Below, one piece after another: positions 25,815 through 40,089 of a stretch of DNA of 64,000 nt. The notes beneath the pieces are model-generated. The model was not told where the DNA came from. It worked only from the letters and a program-made list of their open reading frames with translations, and ran no database searches. Within the stretch, counting starts at the first letter, position 1. Every line of letters starts with the position of its first letter. The position numbers and the translations under genes were made by a program. This DNA is from Octopus vulgaris (taxonomy: Eukaryota), in the NCBI GenBank assembly GCA_951406725.2, contig OX597834.1:45818001-45882000 (forward strand), in the 5' to 3' direction.

Positions 25815-26302
25815 AGTGCAGGAGATACACGCATGAACGTTCCAACAAGTGGTACGAGGACCAAACTTTGCAAAAAGGGGAGAATGATTGGGTGTAACTC
25901 ATGTGGGAATACCAATCTACCAATTTATACAGATAAGAAGCCACAACATGACCAACCCAACCAGATATCACTCTCCTACGGAAGGAGTTGCAAGAATGGA
26001 TCTTCATTGACTTAGCAATACCTGCAGAGCAGAATTTTGGAAAGACGTAGAACGAGAAAGTCGGAAAGTGCCAAGACAGACCAAACATTGGAAATGAAAC
26101 GCTCTTCACAGAGTCTCAAAAGTGATCGGTGCACTTGGGAATATCTCAAAGAAAGCAAAACTCTAGCATGAAAAGCCTGAAATGCTAAACTTTATAAGAA
26201 CGTACGCAGTTGCAAAGATTCTTCGGAACACCACATGTGTCGGGAAAAATGTTGCGTCCCTAAATTGCGTGAAAGAACTGAGACGCGTAGCCCAGGAAAA
26301 CG
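25815..26302 (+). mobile_element. R4/Dong-type non-LTR retrotransposon 3' fragment (REL endonuclease), decayed
   Basis: Across stops and frameshifts: KWYED..LMWEY..TDKK..PDITLL..WIFIDLAIP..EKV.K..GALG; ends directly in (TAA)n. Confidence 0.75.
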
Positions 26303-26380
26303 TAATAATAATAATAATAATTGATAACAATAATGATAATAATAATAATAATAATAATATATAATAGTAATAACAATAAC

Positions 26381-26414
<34 letters not shown>

Positions 26415-26607
26415 GTAATAATAATAATAATAACAGTAATAGTAATAATAATAATTAATAATGATAATAATAATAGTAATAATAATAATAATATAATAAT
26501 AATAATAATAATAATAGTGATAGTAATGATAATAATAATAATAATAAATAATAATGATAATAATAATAGTAATAGTAACATCAATAATGATAATAATAAT
26601 AATAATA
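26303..26607. repeat. ~300-bp (TAA)n tract
   Basis: Directly visible between the two R4/Dong-type fragments. Confidence 0.97.
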
Positions 26608-27727
26608 ATTAACAAGGAAACCAGAAAATGCTGACAACAAGGAACTACACCCCAAACGCCGATTCTGAGAGACTGTATGTGCCCAGAAACAGGGGAGGAT
26701 GTGGCCTCATAGGATGCCAGTTTTGTGTTATCAGTGAAAAGAACAGTCTGGGATGGCACATGAAACAGCAGACTGAGTCCTTGCTTGAAGCTCTTAGAAT
26801 TGGCATTAGAAAACGTACCGAAAATCTGATACATCCACAAGCATTTAAGAAACAAAATGAAGAAAGAATAAACAATCGTAAAATAAAACCACTGCTTGAG
26901 CAAAACCTCGGTGAAATCGAAGGAAAAGATGGCTTAGGATAAGAGATCTGAAAGGATGCACTGAGGCATTGATATGCAGAGCCCAGGAACGCACTCTGAG
27001 AACTAATTACACCAAGTTCCAAAAGAGTAGCGAATCGCCCATTTGTATGATGAGATGAAGCAGAAACGAAACAATCTCACGTATCAGTGAGTGTAGTAAG
27101 CTAGGCCGGAAGAAATATAAATGGAAGCATGAAAAAGTGGCTAAGTTCATCGACTGGAGGCTATGCGAAAAGTACGGCCTAAACAGAGCAGGAAAACGGT
27201 ACGAACCTGAAGCAGAAGGAGTCACCGCGAACAAGGATTATAAGACAGTGTGGGAACTAACAGTCGAGACTCGGAGACCAGATATTGTTGTGGTAGACAA
27301 AGAAAAAAGAAAACGAAGATTGTAGATATTGCAACACTTGGAGATACACGCATAAATGATAAAGAACTAGAAAAGGTGGAAAAGTAGAGACTACTAAATG
27401 ACGAAATTGTGAGTATGTTGACTATGAGGTGAGTGTCTGTCACTGCAGTAGCTGTAGGGGCACTCGGAGGATTAAGTTCCAGAAATATGTAAGAGAAATC
27501 TGAATTGACATACGAACAGATCAAGCCCCAAATCTGCCCTGCTGGAGACAACTGGGATTTTGAGATTGACGCTTGGACGTTGAATGTCTACCACAATAGT
27601 TAAGAATCAACTATCAAAGCTTATAATGTGCGGGAAGAGAAGCCTGTGAGATCTCTGACTGCAGGATGCTCCCCTCTCACATAATCTTCCAGTGCAAACA
27701 GGATCGAGTGGTCTGAGAAGTAAAGCG

Positions 27728-27728
<1 letters not shown>
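26608..27728 (+). mobile_element. R4/Dong-type non-LTR retrotransposon, 5'-truncated (post-RT region, decayed Zn knuckle, REL endonuclease)
   Basis: PNADSERLYVPRNRGGCGLI, LRTNY, VAKFIDWRLCEKYGL, RRPDIVVVDKEK, IVDIA, ELEKVEK, VGALG; flanked by (TAA)n on both sides. Confidence 0.9.
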
Positions 27729-27768
<40 letters not shown>

Positions 27769-27772
27769 CATA

Positions 27773-27817
<45 letters not shown>

Positions 27818-28044
27818 ACAACAACAATAATAATGATGTATTTTCATTGCATATGTAATAAATGTGTTTATATAGCTATATCTGTTATACTGTTTTAAAC
27901 TTATTTGCCTGACTTTGTGAGTTAATGTAATTTCAAGGTGTTTCCTTCGTTCTCTGCCACTTTCTCTCTCACTCTCCCTTACTCGCTCTTCCTCTCTCTC
28001 TCTCTCTCGCCTCTCTCTTCCTCTCTCTTCCTCTCTCCCTGTAA

Positions 28045-28119
<75 letters not shown>

Positions 28120-28178
28120 ATAATATGTATGTGTGTGTTTATTCGTGTGTGACGTTGTGTTTGTATGTGTGTGTTTGC

Positions 28179-28233
<55 letters not shown>

Positions 28234-28893
28234 CTATTATCACGAAATTCCACTCGAGTTACTACTCTACTTTTACTGTGAACCATATGTAATCTCATAT
28301 TATTTTTCTCTCATTTGATGTCATAATATATTGATTTCTAGCTAAATTTATCCATTTCAAATAGTATAACTTTTGACTGAACACTTTATTTCGTGGTCAT
28401 TCAGCGCAACTTATTGCATATTTAGATTTTCAATATCAATACATCGCATTGTCTCGTAATATAAATATCATATTCTGAGCCATATCTTCATGTCGTTGCA
28501 TTACATTTCATAAATATCTCTACGCCGTATATTTTCTCCTCAGATATGTATATATACGCTCATTCACATATATGCACCGAGATGTGTTCATGGGTATTTT
28601 AGTATATAAATATATATGCATGTGTATTTGTGTGTGCGAGTGTGTGTGTATGTATACATATATGTATGAACATATGTATAAATATATATATGTGTGTGTG
28701 TGTGTATGTATGCATGGTGGGGTAAGTGTGGTTGGTATAAATGCGTGCTTGCTTGTGTGTGTGTGCCTGTATGTATAGGTGTATGTGTGTATCATATGGA
28801 GAACATTGTGCTCTGAAAACAATATAAAATGGAGCAATGTAGGAAGAACAAAGTTTACTAACAATGTTTTAATACTTGAATGAAAACGAGAGA

Positions 28894-28931
28894 TTCTTCA
28901 CGTTTCAGACAATTGCCCTTTATCAGAAGGA
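28894..28931 (-). ncRNA. Decayed minimal hammerhead motif
   Basis: Minus strand tcctt-CTGATAA-A-gggca at tgtct-GAAA-CG-TG-aagaa. G8A and a GUG triplet predict inactivity. Confidence 0.5.
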
Positions 28932-29596
28932 ATGACAAACTAGTGAATCATACACGAAGTGAAAAAGAAGCGTTTATATGTATAGAAAATAAAAGAAAAC
29001 GACTCACATGCATAACAAATGTGAACACAAGGTGGGAATGTTGTTTAATGCGATGAATTTAGAAGTTGTGAGTTTTGATATGCAAGTCTTTGTCTGGAGT
29101 CGAGCTTAAATTGGAGTGAAACAGCGGAACAAAGGGTGCGGCTCCTCAAACAATGATGGAAACGTGAATCTAAAACACAAGATAAGATAAAAGTGTGTTT
29201 GTGTGTGTGTATGATGAATGTTACAATCATCTCTGAGCTTTGTAATAACATATCCATGCAAGGTCCTCTGCTCTTATACGCTCATCCTTTCACCTGATGA
29301 CACGTTACGGTAGAGACGTGGGATTCCTTTGGACATGTGTTTCTGGTAATCAGACAATGAATGCCGCTGAAGGAATTACCGTCTGAGTTTTATGATATTA
29401 TCAGCCTTATATATACAAAATTGCTATTTTTTTTACCTCGGAAAATTTCAGTAAGGGCACATTTCACCAACATATAAACCTGACTACTACCACCCCCACC
29501 ATCACCACTACCACAACCCCCCACAATCACCACCACCACAACCACCACCACCACCATCACTGCCACCACCAGGCAGGAACTTTTCAGCCATCCTTC

Positions 29597-29651
<55 letters not shown>

Positions 29652-29654
29652 TAT

Positions 29655-30148
29655 ATTCTGTACTATGAGATTCTCCCAAGTAACCAGACAATTAATTCTG
29701 AGAAATACTGCACACAACTGGACGAGCTAAAAGCAGCAATTCAAGAGAAACGTCCAGAATTGGCCAACAGGAATGGTGTTGTTTTCCAGCATGATAATGC
29801 AAGACCGCACGTTTCTTTGGGAACAAAACAAAAATTGCTGCAGCTCGGCTGGGATGTGTTATTCCACCTTCCATATTCACCAGATATTGCTCCTTCGGAT
29901 TTCTACTTATTCAGGTCTCTGTAGAAAAATTTCAATTCCTTGGATGACGTAAAAGATACCTTGATGAATTCTTTGCCATGAAACCACCTCAATTCTGGGA
30001 AGAGGGTATTTTCAAGTTAAAGGAAAGATAGAATCGCATTGTGCAACGAAATGGTTCATACTTGGTTGATTAGAAATGTAATGGCAAGTATTTATTGAGC
30101 TTTTTCTTTCCTTTAAAAATCGACACGAACTTTCCGGACAACCCAATA
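29655..30148 (+). mobile_element. Mariner (DD34D) transposase 3' half with right TIR
   Basis: ILYYEILPSNQTINSEKYCTQLDELKAAIQEKRPELANRNGVVFQHDNARPH..LGWDVLFHLPYSPDIAPSDFYLFRSL*, with 34 residues between the last two Asp. Ends gaactttccggacaacccaa-TA. Missed by the ORF track (no start codon). Confidence 0.95.
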
Positions 30149-30266
30149 ATTAAGAGTAATCATAAGTAATATACGAATATGAACAATTGTTATGCAACGA
30201 TCATATAGTGTGTTGAAAGATGGTACGATCCATTAATAAGGCCTATAAGTTTGCATTTGCAGGTTA

Positions 30267-30300
<34 letters not shown>

Positions 30301-30469
30301 GTTTATCGCATGCTGAAAGGAGTTCCATCTGTATAACTATAACATCAGATTATTAGATTATTCCGGGAGATGGAATTCGCAGGTGGTAACCGACAAGAAG
30401 AAGTACAGAAGCTTCTTAAGAGTACACTACGTGACTTTTCTCAAAACTAAATTACACACATATAAATAA

Positions 30470-30507
<38 letters not shown>

Positions 30508-31005
30508 TGAATGTGAACAGGGGCTATAGGATTTCAGGCGAATAATTCGGCGGCACTCTAATTAATTAACTAATAAATCAATTATATTAATTAGTTGTTT
30601 GGATTAAGATAATTTGTAAATGTACAGTTCATTGTTGACACGGATGAAAAGGTCCTACAGGCTGTTGAAAGCATCGGAAATTTTATCAAACTTACGTAAC
30701 ACAATCTTCTCAAGTATTGCGCCATTTTTACTCTCTCTCTCTCTCTCTCTCTCTCATTCCTCCCCTTCTTTCTGTGTTTGTCTCCACCACCATCGCCTAA
30801 CAACCGCTATTGCTGTTACCATATATATTTCTAGCGGCTCGGCAAAATAGATTGATAAAATAAGTACTAGGCTTACAAATTACACGTCCTGGAGTCGATT
30901 TCTTCTACTATAGGCAGTGCTCCAACATGGCCACAGTCAAATGACTGAGACAAATAAAAGGATAAGGTAATAAAAGAAAAACCATAGTACCTAGATACAT
31001 AGGTA

Positions 31006-31298
31006 TGTTTGTTGTTTGTTCATTCTCGAGCCATGTCTGGCTCATAGGGCCTTTTACCCGGTTTCCTTGGCGTATAGGTTCTCCACCTGGACGGGACGCC
31101 GGTCAATCGCAGGTGAACTGCGAGATGCAGGAGGAAAGAGTGAGAGAAAATTGTGGCGAAAGAGTCTGCAGAAGTTCGCCAATACTTTCTCCCGGAACCG
31201 CGTGGAGCTTAGGTGTTTTCGCTCATCGCCCGGTCTGAGATTCGAACCCGCGATCCATCGACCGCGAGTCCGCTGCTCTGACCACAAATGTGCCTCCA
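31006..31298 (-). mobile_element. SINE: family A head/body with family D-type tail
   Basis: Head gcagcggactcgcggtcg as at 54178; tail gaccggcgtcccgtccag..gaaaccg..tatgagcc..catggctc shared with 31301-31550. Confidence 0.85.
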
Positions 31299-31300
31299 CA

Positions 31301-31550
31301 AATGTTCCTTCTGGAGCCATGCCAGGCTCATAAGGGCCGCTTTCTCGGTTTCAGTGGCGTAGAAATTCTCCATCTGGACGGGACGCCGGTCCGTCGCAGC
31401 GTTACTCATTTTTGCCAGCTGAGTGGACTGGAGCATCGTGAAATGAAGTGTTTTGCTCAAGAACACAACGCGTCGCCCGGTCGAGGAATCGAAACCACAA
31501 TCTTACGATCATGAGTTCAACACTCTAACCACTAAGCCACGCGTCTCCAC
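31301..31550 (-). mobile_element. SINE family D, full length
   Basis: A box tggcttagtgg, B box ggtttcgattcc, CORE-like cttgagcaaaacactt..ccactcagctg..aaatgagta. Confidence 0.88.
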
Positions 31551-32992
31551 ATAGCTATATTTAGCGTCGATGATATTCTAAAGCTAGCTTCTTATCTTTA
31601 GGTCTATTCATCACTTGTTTCTCTCTCTCTCTCTCTCTCTCTCCCGCTCTTTCGATTTCTCTCTCTTTCTTCCTTTGTCACTCTCTCTCGGACTCTCTCT
31701 CTCTTTCTGTTTCTCTCTCCCTCTCTCTATATGTATTAATTGTTCTCCCTACGCACGCATGCAAGCACACACATTCACCTATTCTTTATACACATTTCAT
31801 AATATTCTGAATACACATTTATGGTATGCACACACGCACACATACACGCAACATGTCCCCCACGCACACACATATTATAACGCACATATACATATATATA
31901 ATTATGCTGACGATTAAATACATGTATTTTGTATGTATGCATACATATTTATGTATATATGTATGTATATATTTGTATGTGTGTGTGTGTGTATGCGAGT
32001 ATGTTTGTATATTACGGAGTTAATTTCCATATAATTCTTATAAATTAACTGCATAGAAAATATCTCATGGGCATGATATCAAATCGTATTGTCTTATATA
32101 TCCTATTTGAGAATCTAGAATGTCACCGGATATTTAACATTGCCAATGATAACGAAAGATTCAAATAGTGGCATAGAAAGCGAGCAAGAGAGGGCCGGAG
32201 AGAGAAACAGAGGTAGAGGCAAAGGGCAAGATAGAGAGCGGGAGAGATAGATGGGGAGATGCTGAGAGATAGTGAGAAAGGATAATTGGAAGAGACGGAG
32301 AGTGAGAGAGGCAGAGAGAGAGAGATTAAAAGGAAGAAAGTGGTTGGTGTACTACATTATCGATCTTGAAATATCGTAAATTTCAAATAAACTTCAAGAA
32401 CACCTCTTGGCTAGCAGGTATTTGTAATTCAAATGAATGAGTTGAGAGCCTACAACGCGTACAAATAGAAACAGATTAATTAGAATCACATAAATCTGTA
32501 TTTTATAAAATAATATGGAGGATGTTACAAATGTGAAGCACACTTGAAATCCAAAACTATGACCTCTTCAACTCCCTGAATCTGATGCTTAAATCAGAGA
32601 TAATTTGGATGTTTGGAAGCTTAAATTGGGACATTACCAATATCCATCTTCCGTAATTTTATCTGATACTTAAATTTGTATATATTGAACGATTTGATTT
32701 TGACAGCCGTGTTCGTTTTACTGTGTGAAAGCGGTATATTTTTCGCTAACAACGTGTCTCAAAAATATTGGAATACTTATTTCTCATAATTCAGAAATGT
32801 ACTGCCTCGCAAGGGATTTGATCTGGGATTACAATTACAGCCATTCAAAACCACTCAAAAACTCATAACTTTTATCAAACATTTATTATTTCGTGCCACA
32901 TTTTCGTCGTCCTATCAGCGACCTGTTCACAGACACGACACATCTGCACCTATACATACACCATACACACAGACTCTCTTTCACTCTCACTC

Positions 32993-33039
<47 letters not shown>

Positions 33040-33376
33040 CCACACACATATCTAATATATAAAATGGAGATGTGTGTGTTCGCTTTTCACGGCATCACCA
33101 ATTGCTTGCGATGCATAAATAATTTGACCTGGGACAGATGTTAGGCTCTTCATTTCATATTTCTTTAAATATAAAAAAAAATTGCTTTTTGTATTAGATT
33201 CACGTCTTTGAATGTTTTTAAAATAGCTGCTTCCGGTTTTCTAGCGTCAGCGATGTATACACTGCGACGTTGAGGTATCGTAAATTTCATTATAGAGTCG
33301 AACAGAATTACACATATGTTACACAAACACACATAAACACACAGAGTTATGTATGTAGGTATATGTATACATGCAC

Positions 33377-33476
<100 letters not shown>

Positions 33477-33478
33477 GT

Positions 33479-33686
33479 AAATTATAATTTAGGTTATCTA
33501 AAAGACATCACCACGCTAGAAATAGCAACCAAAACCTGACTCTAAAACCACATAGAATGTGGTTTTCATTTTGTCTTTTTGTCTTCTCCCCTGGTGTTGT
33601 TTGAACATTGAATGTAGATTTAGAGTCAAGTTTTGGTTGCTATTTCCAGCGTGGTGGCATCTCTTAGATAGCCTAAATTATAATTT
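33479..33686. mobile_element. MITE-like fold-back with ~68-bp inverted arms
   Basis: 33479-33546 vs 33619-33686 are inverted with few mismatches; inner hairpin aaaaccaca-tagaa-tgtggtttt. Confidence 0.75.
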
Positions 33687-33760
33687 TAATAATTATTAGC
33701 TTTGAAGGTTTTTATTCCCATGGTAATCACTTGATAAGATCGATATTTAAATAACGATCT

Positions 33761-34440
<680 letters not shown>

Positions 34441-34689
34441 TTTCCCCAAATGCACCCAAGGATGTGGTCCATCCGAAGCTATAGTAAAATTCACGTGCCC
34501 AATGCGCCAGTAGTAGGACCGAACTTGGAACCATGTGGTTTGGAGCTCCCTTCTTAGATACTGTTGTCGTTGTTGTTGATATTGTTAACACTGCAGAACA
34601 GACTGTGATCTGCCGACAGGCAGCGCTATTAACAACTTTAAAACATACCAATTCCACATTATGTTCTATAAATAATGAGGCCAAATGCA

Positions 34690-35440
34690 TAGATCCATGC
34701 CTTGATATAAATGGTAGAGTGTAATCCTTGCATGAAAAAGAGAGAAAAACACTGTACAGGATCAGAAGCTCCACTTCATGCATAAACCACAACCAAACTC
34801 ATTATATCAACAAAAACTGAGCTAGGAGTAAGAAAATCAATAGAATTTATCAGATAAAATCAACGACTTCAATCTGAAGAACTGAGATTGGCACTTTGGT
34901 TGGAACAGCAGAACCACAGCGAGGTTCGTAAAAAGAAAACATATCCTCCATAAACATTTAGCAAACAAATATACACTTTTAAGAAATTAGATATAATTGG
35001 CCACTACCCATCCATTACTAGTCATACATTATTAACGGCCCTAAACTTCCCAAAGCCCATTGCACTGTTATAGATAAGGACACGTGAATAATAATAATGC
35101 TGGCTAGAAAAACCAGTAAATCGATTTCCTTATTTAATGGTAGAATAGGGAGAACAAAAAAGACGTAACATAGAAAACCCTCTTTGATGCCAGCCAGAAT
35201 TTCCGCAGAAATTTTCAAATCTAATTGGATTATATATCTTAAAGTTAATCGACAATAAATTCCGCCCTATTAACAGAGGAACCTATAAAGATGATGTTTC
35301 ATCCATCTTCACAAATCTAAACGGGAAACGGACTGATAATTTCGAGAAAGACCTAACCGAACTGTTCAATGATCTGAATCTAAAAATTATAGGAAATAGT
35401 AACTTCAAAATAGTCAATTTCTTAGGCGTGACATTTCAAG
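34690..35440 (+). pseudogene. Penelope-like reverse transcriptase fragment
   Basis: 35221-35439 reads LIGLYILKLIDNKFRPINRGTYKDDVSSIFTNLNGKRTDNFEKDLTELFNDLNLKIIGNSNFKIVNFLGVTFQ, matching the PLE GLYIL..GLYRDD..VNFLDVT pattern. Upstream remnants YPSIT, ALNF and IIMLARKT. Confidence 0.85.
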
Positions 35441-35814
35441 TTGCGTCGCTATTGGAGCCTATTTTTCTCCCTTTCTTGTGCTCATGCGTATTTCATTGCA
35501 TTCATGTGTGTTTAGTGGAAATCATTGTAAGGATTAAATTGTCCAATGATATTCAAAAAATCAATATTTTCGATTTCTATTTCCTATTCTCATTGAGGGA
35601 GTTCTGCATTGTCAGTTATAATAAAATTAAGATCGCTTCCAAGTGGGATAGGGCTATGCTTTGACCTGCTCGCTAGAATATCATGAAATGCATTTGATAT
35701 ATGTGATGTAATTTCACATAGGTTTGGTTGCTATTTCTAGCAGGCTGAAGCTCTCTTCTTGTCTCATATATTATTGAAATATATTCTAGCGTATTTTGTC
35801 ATTTATCTACTATT

Positions 35815-36215
35815 TCTTATTTCGGTCACTGGACTGCGCCTATGCTGAGGCACCAACTTTGAGGGGTTTCGTCGGACAAGTCGACTCTGAACATATTTTT
35901 GTGGTTTGGTACTTATTGCGTCACTCTCTTTTGCTCAATCACAAAGTTGTGGGAACGGAAACGAACCAAAACCTGTTGTCAAGTGGAGAAGCACAAACAC
36001 AGACACAAGGACTCAAATCCGTATATGTGTCTTTGTGTGCGCGGGTATATGTGTCTGTATACTCCGCAGGCTTCAATGTAGGTCCCCTCTACCAAAGTCA
36101 CTCACGAGGCATTGGTTGGTTCAGGAATATGCCGGAAGTCATTTATCAAATGTACCACGTGGTTGAAAGCGAAACAATAGGGTTGCGAAGCTAATTTATT
36201 AACCACACAGCTATA
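35815..36215 (-). mobile_element. SINE family B, old diverged copy
   Basis: Same module order as 18815-19208 at low identity. Confidence 0.6.
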
Positions 36216-37769
36216 CCCAACAACACATTTCATTACACATTTTATTATCTCACTTTATCATTCGATTGCACGTGCATAGGACTACAAATGCTATTAAACC
36301 CGTTTTAGAAAAGAGAGATGTTATTAATACAAACAAGCAACAGAAGACAATAAATACATAAACAAAACTTTTATTGTTCGCCATGTTGTATGTCAAGTTG
36401 ATCAAAATGATTTCTGCTTTCTCATTTCATTTCTTTCTATTCTTCCTTCTATCTCGAAAAACGACAGCAGTCCGAAACGTTTATTTCTCTCTCTTTTCTA
36501 CTTTCAGCATTGTGACTATATTAGCCTCCTACTTTTCTTTGTTTCGTTTTATTTTTTACCTTGTTTTCTTTTTCTTTCGTCTCTTAACTTATTGTTTATT
36601 GAACATTTATGCATAATCTGGAACAGGCAACGGTGATATAAAATTTCTGTTCGATGTCATGATGTCATTACTTTCGCTTATCATCTCTTCGACAAAACAT
36701 TATAGCAAATAGAAAATGTATTTATAGCTTAAATTCAAGATAAGTCCTGCCATAAATTATTTGGGTGTCTTTTTCTTTTTTGTGTGAGTGAATTTAATAT
36801 AAAATTATATACAGATATATTGATTTTCTTTATATTTGCAAATTCTTTGTTTATTATTTAAGATATTCGGTTTTTCCTTTTTGCATCCTGTACATAATGT
36901 ATCTGACTGTTGTTCTTCATATAGGTAACTTTCGGATTTGAAGAATTGAGTGTGGTTGGATGGAGGAAAGAAAATAAACTGAGATTGAGACAGGGAGAAA
37001 GGGTAACGGAGAATATATAGATCAGGTGGGGGAGACGGGGCGAAGCAGGCAGAGACAATCTCACACAGAGACAGACAAACAGATCAACGGGACGATGTAC
37101 AGTGAAAGAAATCTATTGTGAGAACGGCTGGGAATTGGATAGATTTGAAGAGAATGATAAAAAGAGGTAGAAAGATAAATTGGCAGAAATGGAGAGAGAG
37201 AGAGACAGAGAAACGGAGAGAAGAGAGTATCAACAATAATAAGAGCGAGAGAGGGTGAGAGAGAAATAGGACCAAAGAGATGGAAGGAAAGTTAAGGTAA
37301 TGAGAGATTGGAATGGAGAAAAACTGAAGAATGCAGGTGAAGGAGAAATATGAGAAAACGAGAAAATGTATGCGTACAATAGTCAGTAAAAGTGCGAGAA
37401 TTTGATAGACATTTTCAGAGAAAGAGAGGACCAGATTGACAAAGAGGGGAAAAGAGAAAGCGAGAACGGGAGAGAAACTGAATGAGACTGAAAGAAAAGA
37501 GGCCGTGAATTATAGTATGAGAACATGAGGTAGAGAGACAGCAAGGACATTAGATTGGTAGATATGATCAGAGACTGACGTAGAGAGAGACAGAGGGGGG
37601 GGATATTCAGAAAGACAAACGGTAAAAAATACAGAGAATCAGAAGAAAAGAGACAGTGACAGACAGAAGGAAACTAAGAAAGTCTGAAGGAAGAAAGAGA
37701 AACAACAGGTGGAGAATTATAGAATGAGAACGAGAGGGAGTATGCCGGAAGTCGATGGCAGAGACCGTC

Positions 37770-37800
<31 letters not shown>

Positions 37801-40089
37801 AATAGGGGAGAGAGTGACAGAATAGAGAGTTAGATAGAAGACCAGAAGAATAGACAGAGGGAAAAGAGAAGATGAAGGAGTGAGAGGGAGTGTTAGAAAG
37901 AGAGACAGAGAAAGAGGAAGGCTATCTGAGATAATGTAATGAGCAATATAAAAACTGTTTATAGTTGATAATAGTGAAAGTAAAAGTTGTTGCATAGACA
38001 TTAAGTCAGGTTTAATTCACATATCGCAGTGGCCATTACATATCGTCATACAGACCTCATCAGCGATTCTGGATGAGACATTAAAAAACAAAAACAATAA
38101 ACAAGACATAAAACAAAAACAAGACAAAATATGTCACGTGGTTCTCCATCAAATCATTAATCCGTTACTAATGATGTTCTCTATTCTGTGTCACGCCATT
38201 GATTTGTTTACAGTTCTTGTTGTTGCAGCCGTTATAGGGGGCGTCGCTGTGTTGACGTGGTTACTTTTATACAAGATTTCTTATTTTAGATCTTTTTTAG
38301 TTGTTGCTTTTTATAATGGTTGTATACGTTGTTTTGGATTGTCTGTTATATATATATATATATATATATACAGTCTTATTTACATATATATAAATATAAA
38401 TATAAAATGGCGATTGTCCGTCATGCGTGTGTTGAATATAAAAGAGTATTCTTACAACATAGTTTTGACAATGACAAGCAAGAAGGATCATCTATATCTA
38501 ATATCTGCATTAATAGCACCCAGAAATGGCGATCGTATGAATATAAAAATACTAAAAAAGCTACAAAAATACATCAATAATAAAAACAACATGAACATCG
38601 CCAACAACGAAGTCGAAATTTGCTAAATGAATGCAAAAAAAAAAAATACGCAGCAATATTATTAGAGTAATTAATGAATGAAGTTAGAAAAAATAAGAAA
38701 AAAGAAAATTGAATAAATACTCTTAGAGTGTCTGTTTTTTTTTGTTTTTTTTTTGTTTTTTTGTTGTTTTGTTCTTCTTTCTTGCAAAATTGCTTAAAAT
38801 TCTTTCTTGAAATTATTAACGAACGTAAAACGTGCGTTGCAGAAATGAAGGGTTTTATACCCGTTAATTATGTAAACGAAATTCACACTTGCAGGCAGGG
38901 AAGAGAATATGGAATACCGGCGGCGGTGGTGGTGGTGGTGGTGGTGGTCTAATGATTGCGGTGGTGATAACAGTGTGCAGGTGGTGGGGGTAGGGCTGTA
39001 AATGGTGAGGATGTTGTCATTACATCTTGTTGTACTTCTATCGTGTCATCTAATGCACAAGTAGTTTCCCTTTTTCGTCTGTTTTGTTTTTTTTCTGTAT
39101 ATTTTTATTTCTCTTCTTTGTTTTCCTCTACCATGACTGAAAAATTGAAAGAAAATTTTTTTTTTTTTTAAAAGGAGACCCTTCCCCAACACCATCAACA
39201 CCACCAGCGCCACATCATATAAAAAGCACAAATAAAACAAAAAAATGAATACAGAAACCGGCAGAGGGAACACGGAGAAATTTTTTCAACGTCACGAAAC
39301 AGGGGACACTGGGGGGGGGGTAACACGCGAGGAACTTAGTATAAATTTGTTGTTCATGATGTTCTTGTTGTTATTCTTGTGGAATTGTATTAAGAATCAA
39401 TCCATCCGTAACCACCCTGACTCTTGTTTTGTTGAGTTGCTACTATATCATGGATTACATTAAAGTTTCTTTTTTAATTGTATCTTTTAAGTTGATCTAA
39501 TATGATTTATGCGAGACACGGTTGTTAGTTCTACCAGGGTGAACCACCATATTGAAGCACTTTTGGGGGTTCGTTAACTGCTGTCATTGCTAGAGACATT
39601 ATCTCTCTTTGACCCCAGGACAACGCCAGATGAACAAACCTATAATCAAATATATTTCACGTATCACCACCCCGTACTTCCTTTGACAATTTCACATCTA
39701 GGAATTCATTAAATTATAAGTTCTTCACCTTTTAGAACGATAGGATGTAATTTGGAGATAGTTAGTCTTCTATTTCTAAAAGATCAAGCGACAAGTTAGA
39801 AGTTTCATCGTTCGTTTTTCTAATATAAACATTTATTTAGCGATGTCGCATAAAATCCTCATGCATCTTCGTTGACATAATCAACAAGTATAAAACAAAA
39901 TTAGGAATGGCATTGAATTACTGTAATTTGAACCTGGTTTGCTTGAAAGCAGGAGTGTGAAAATACTCGCCCACATTTAATCTGCCTCTTAAGGATGTTT
40001 TTAAATACCTTTACGAAGCTAAACGGATTAAGCTTTAAAACTGAAAGAGTAATTTAATATGCATCTGTAAATTTAAAGATTCATTAAAT

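Noticed and set aside
29292-29325. CTGATGA..GAGACGTG
   Set aside because: The second box is GAGA, the triplet is GUG and the stems do not fit.
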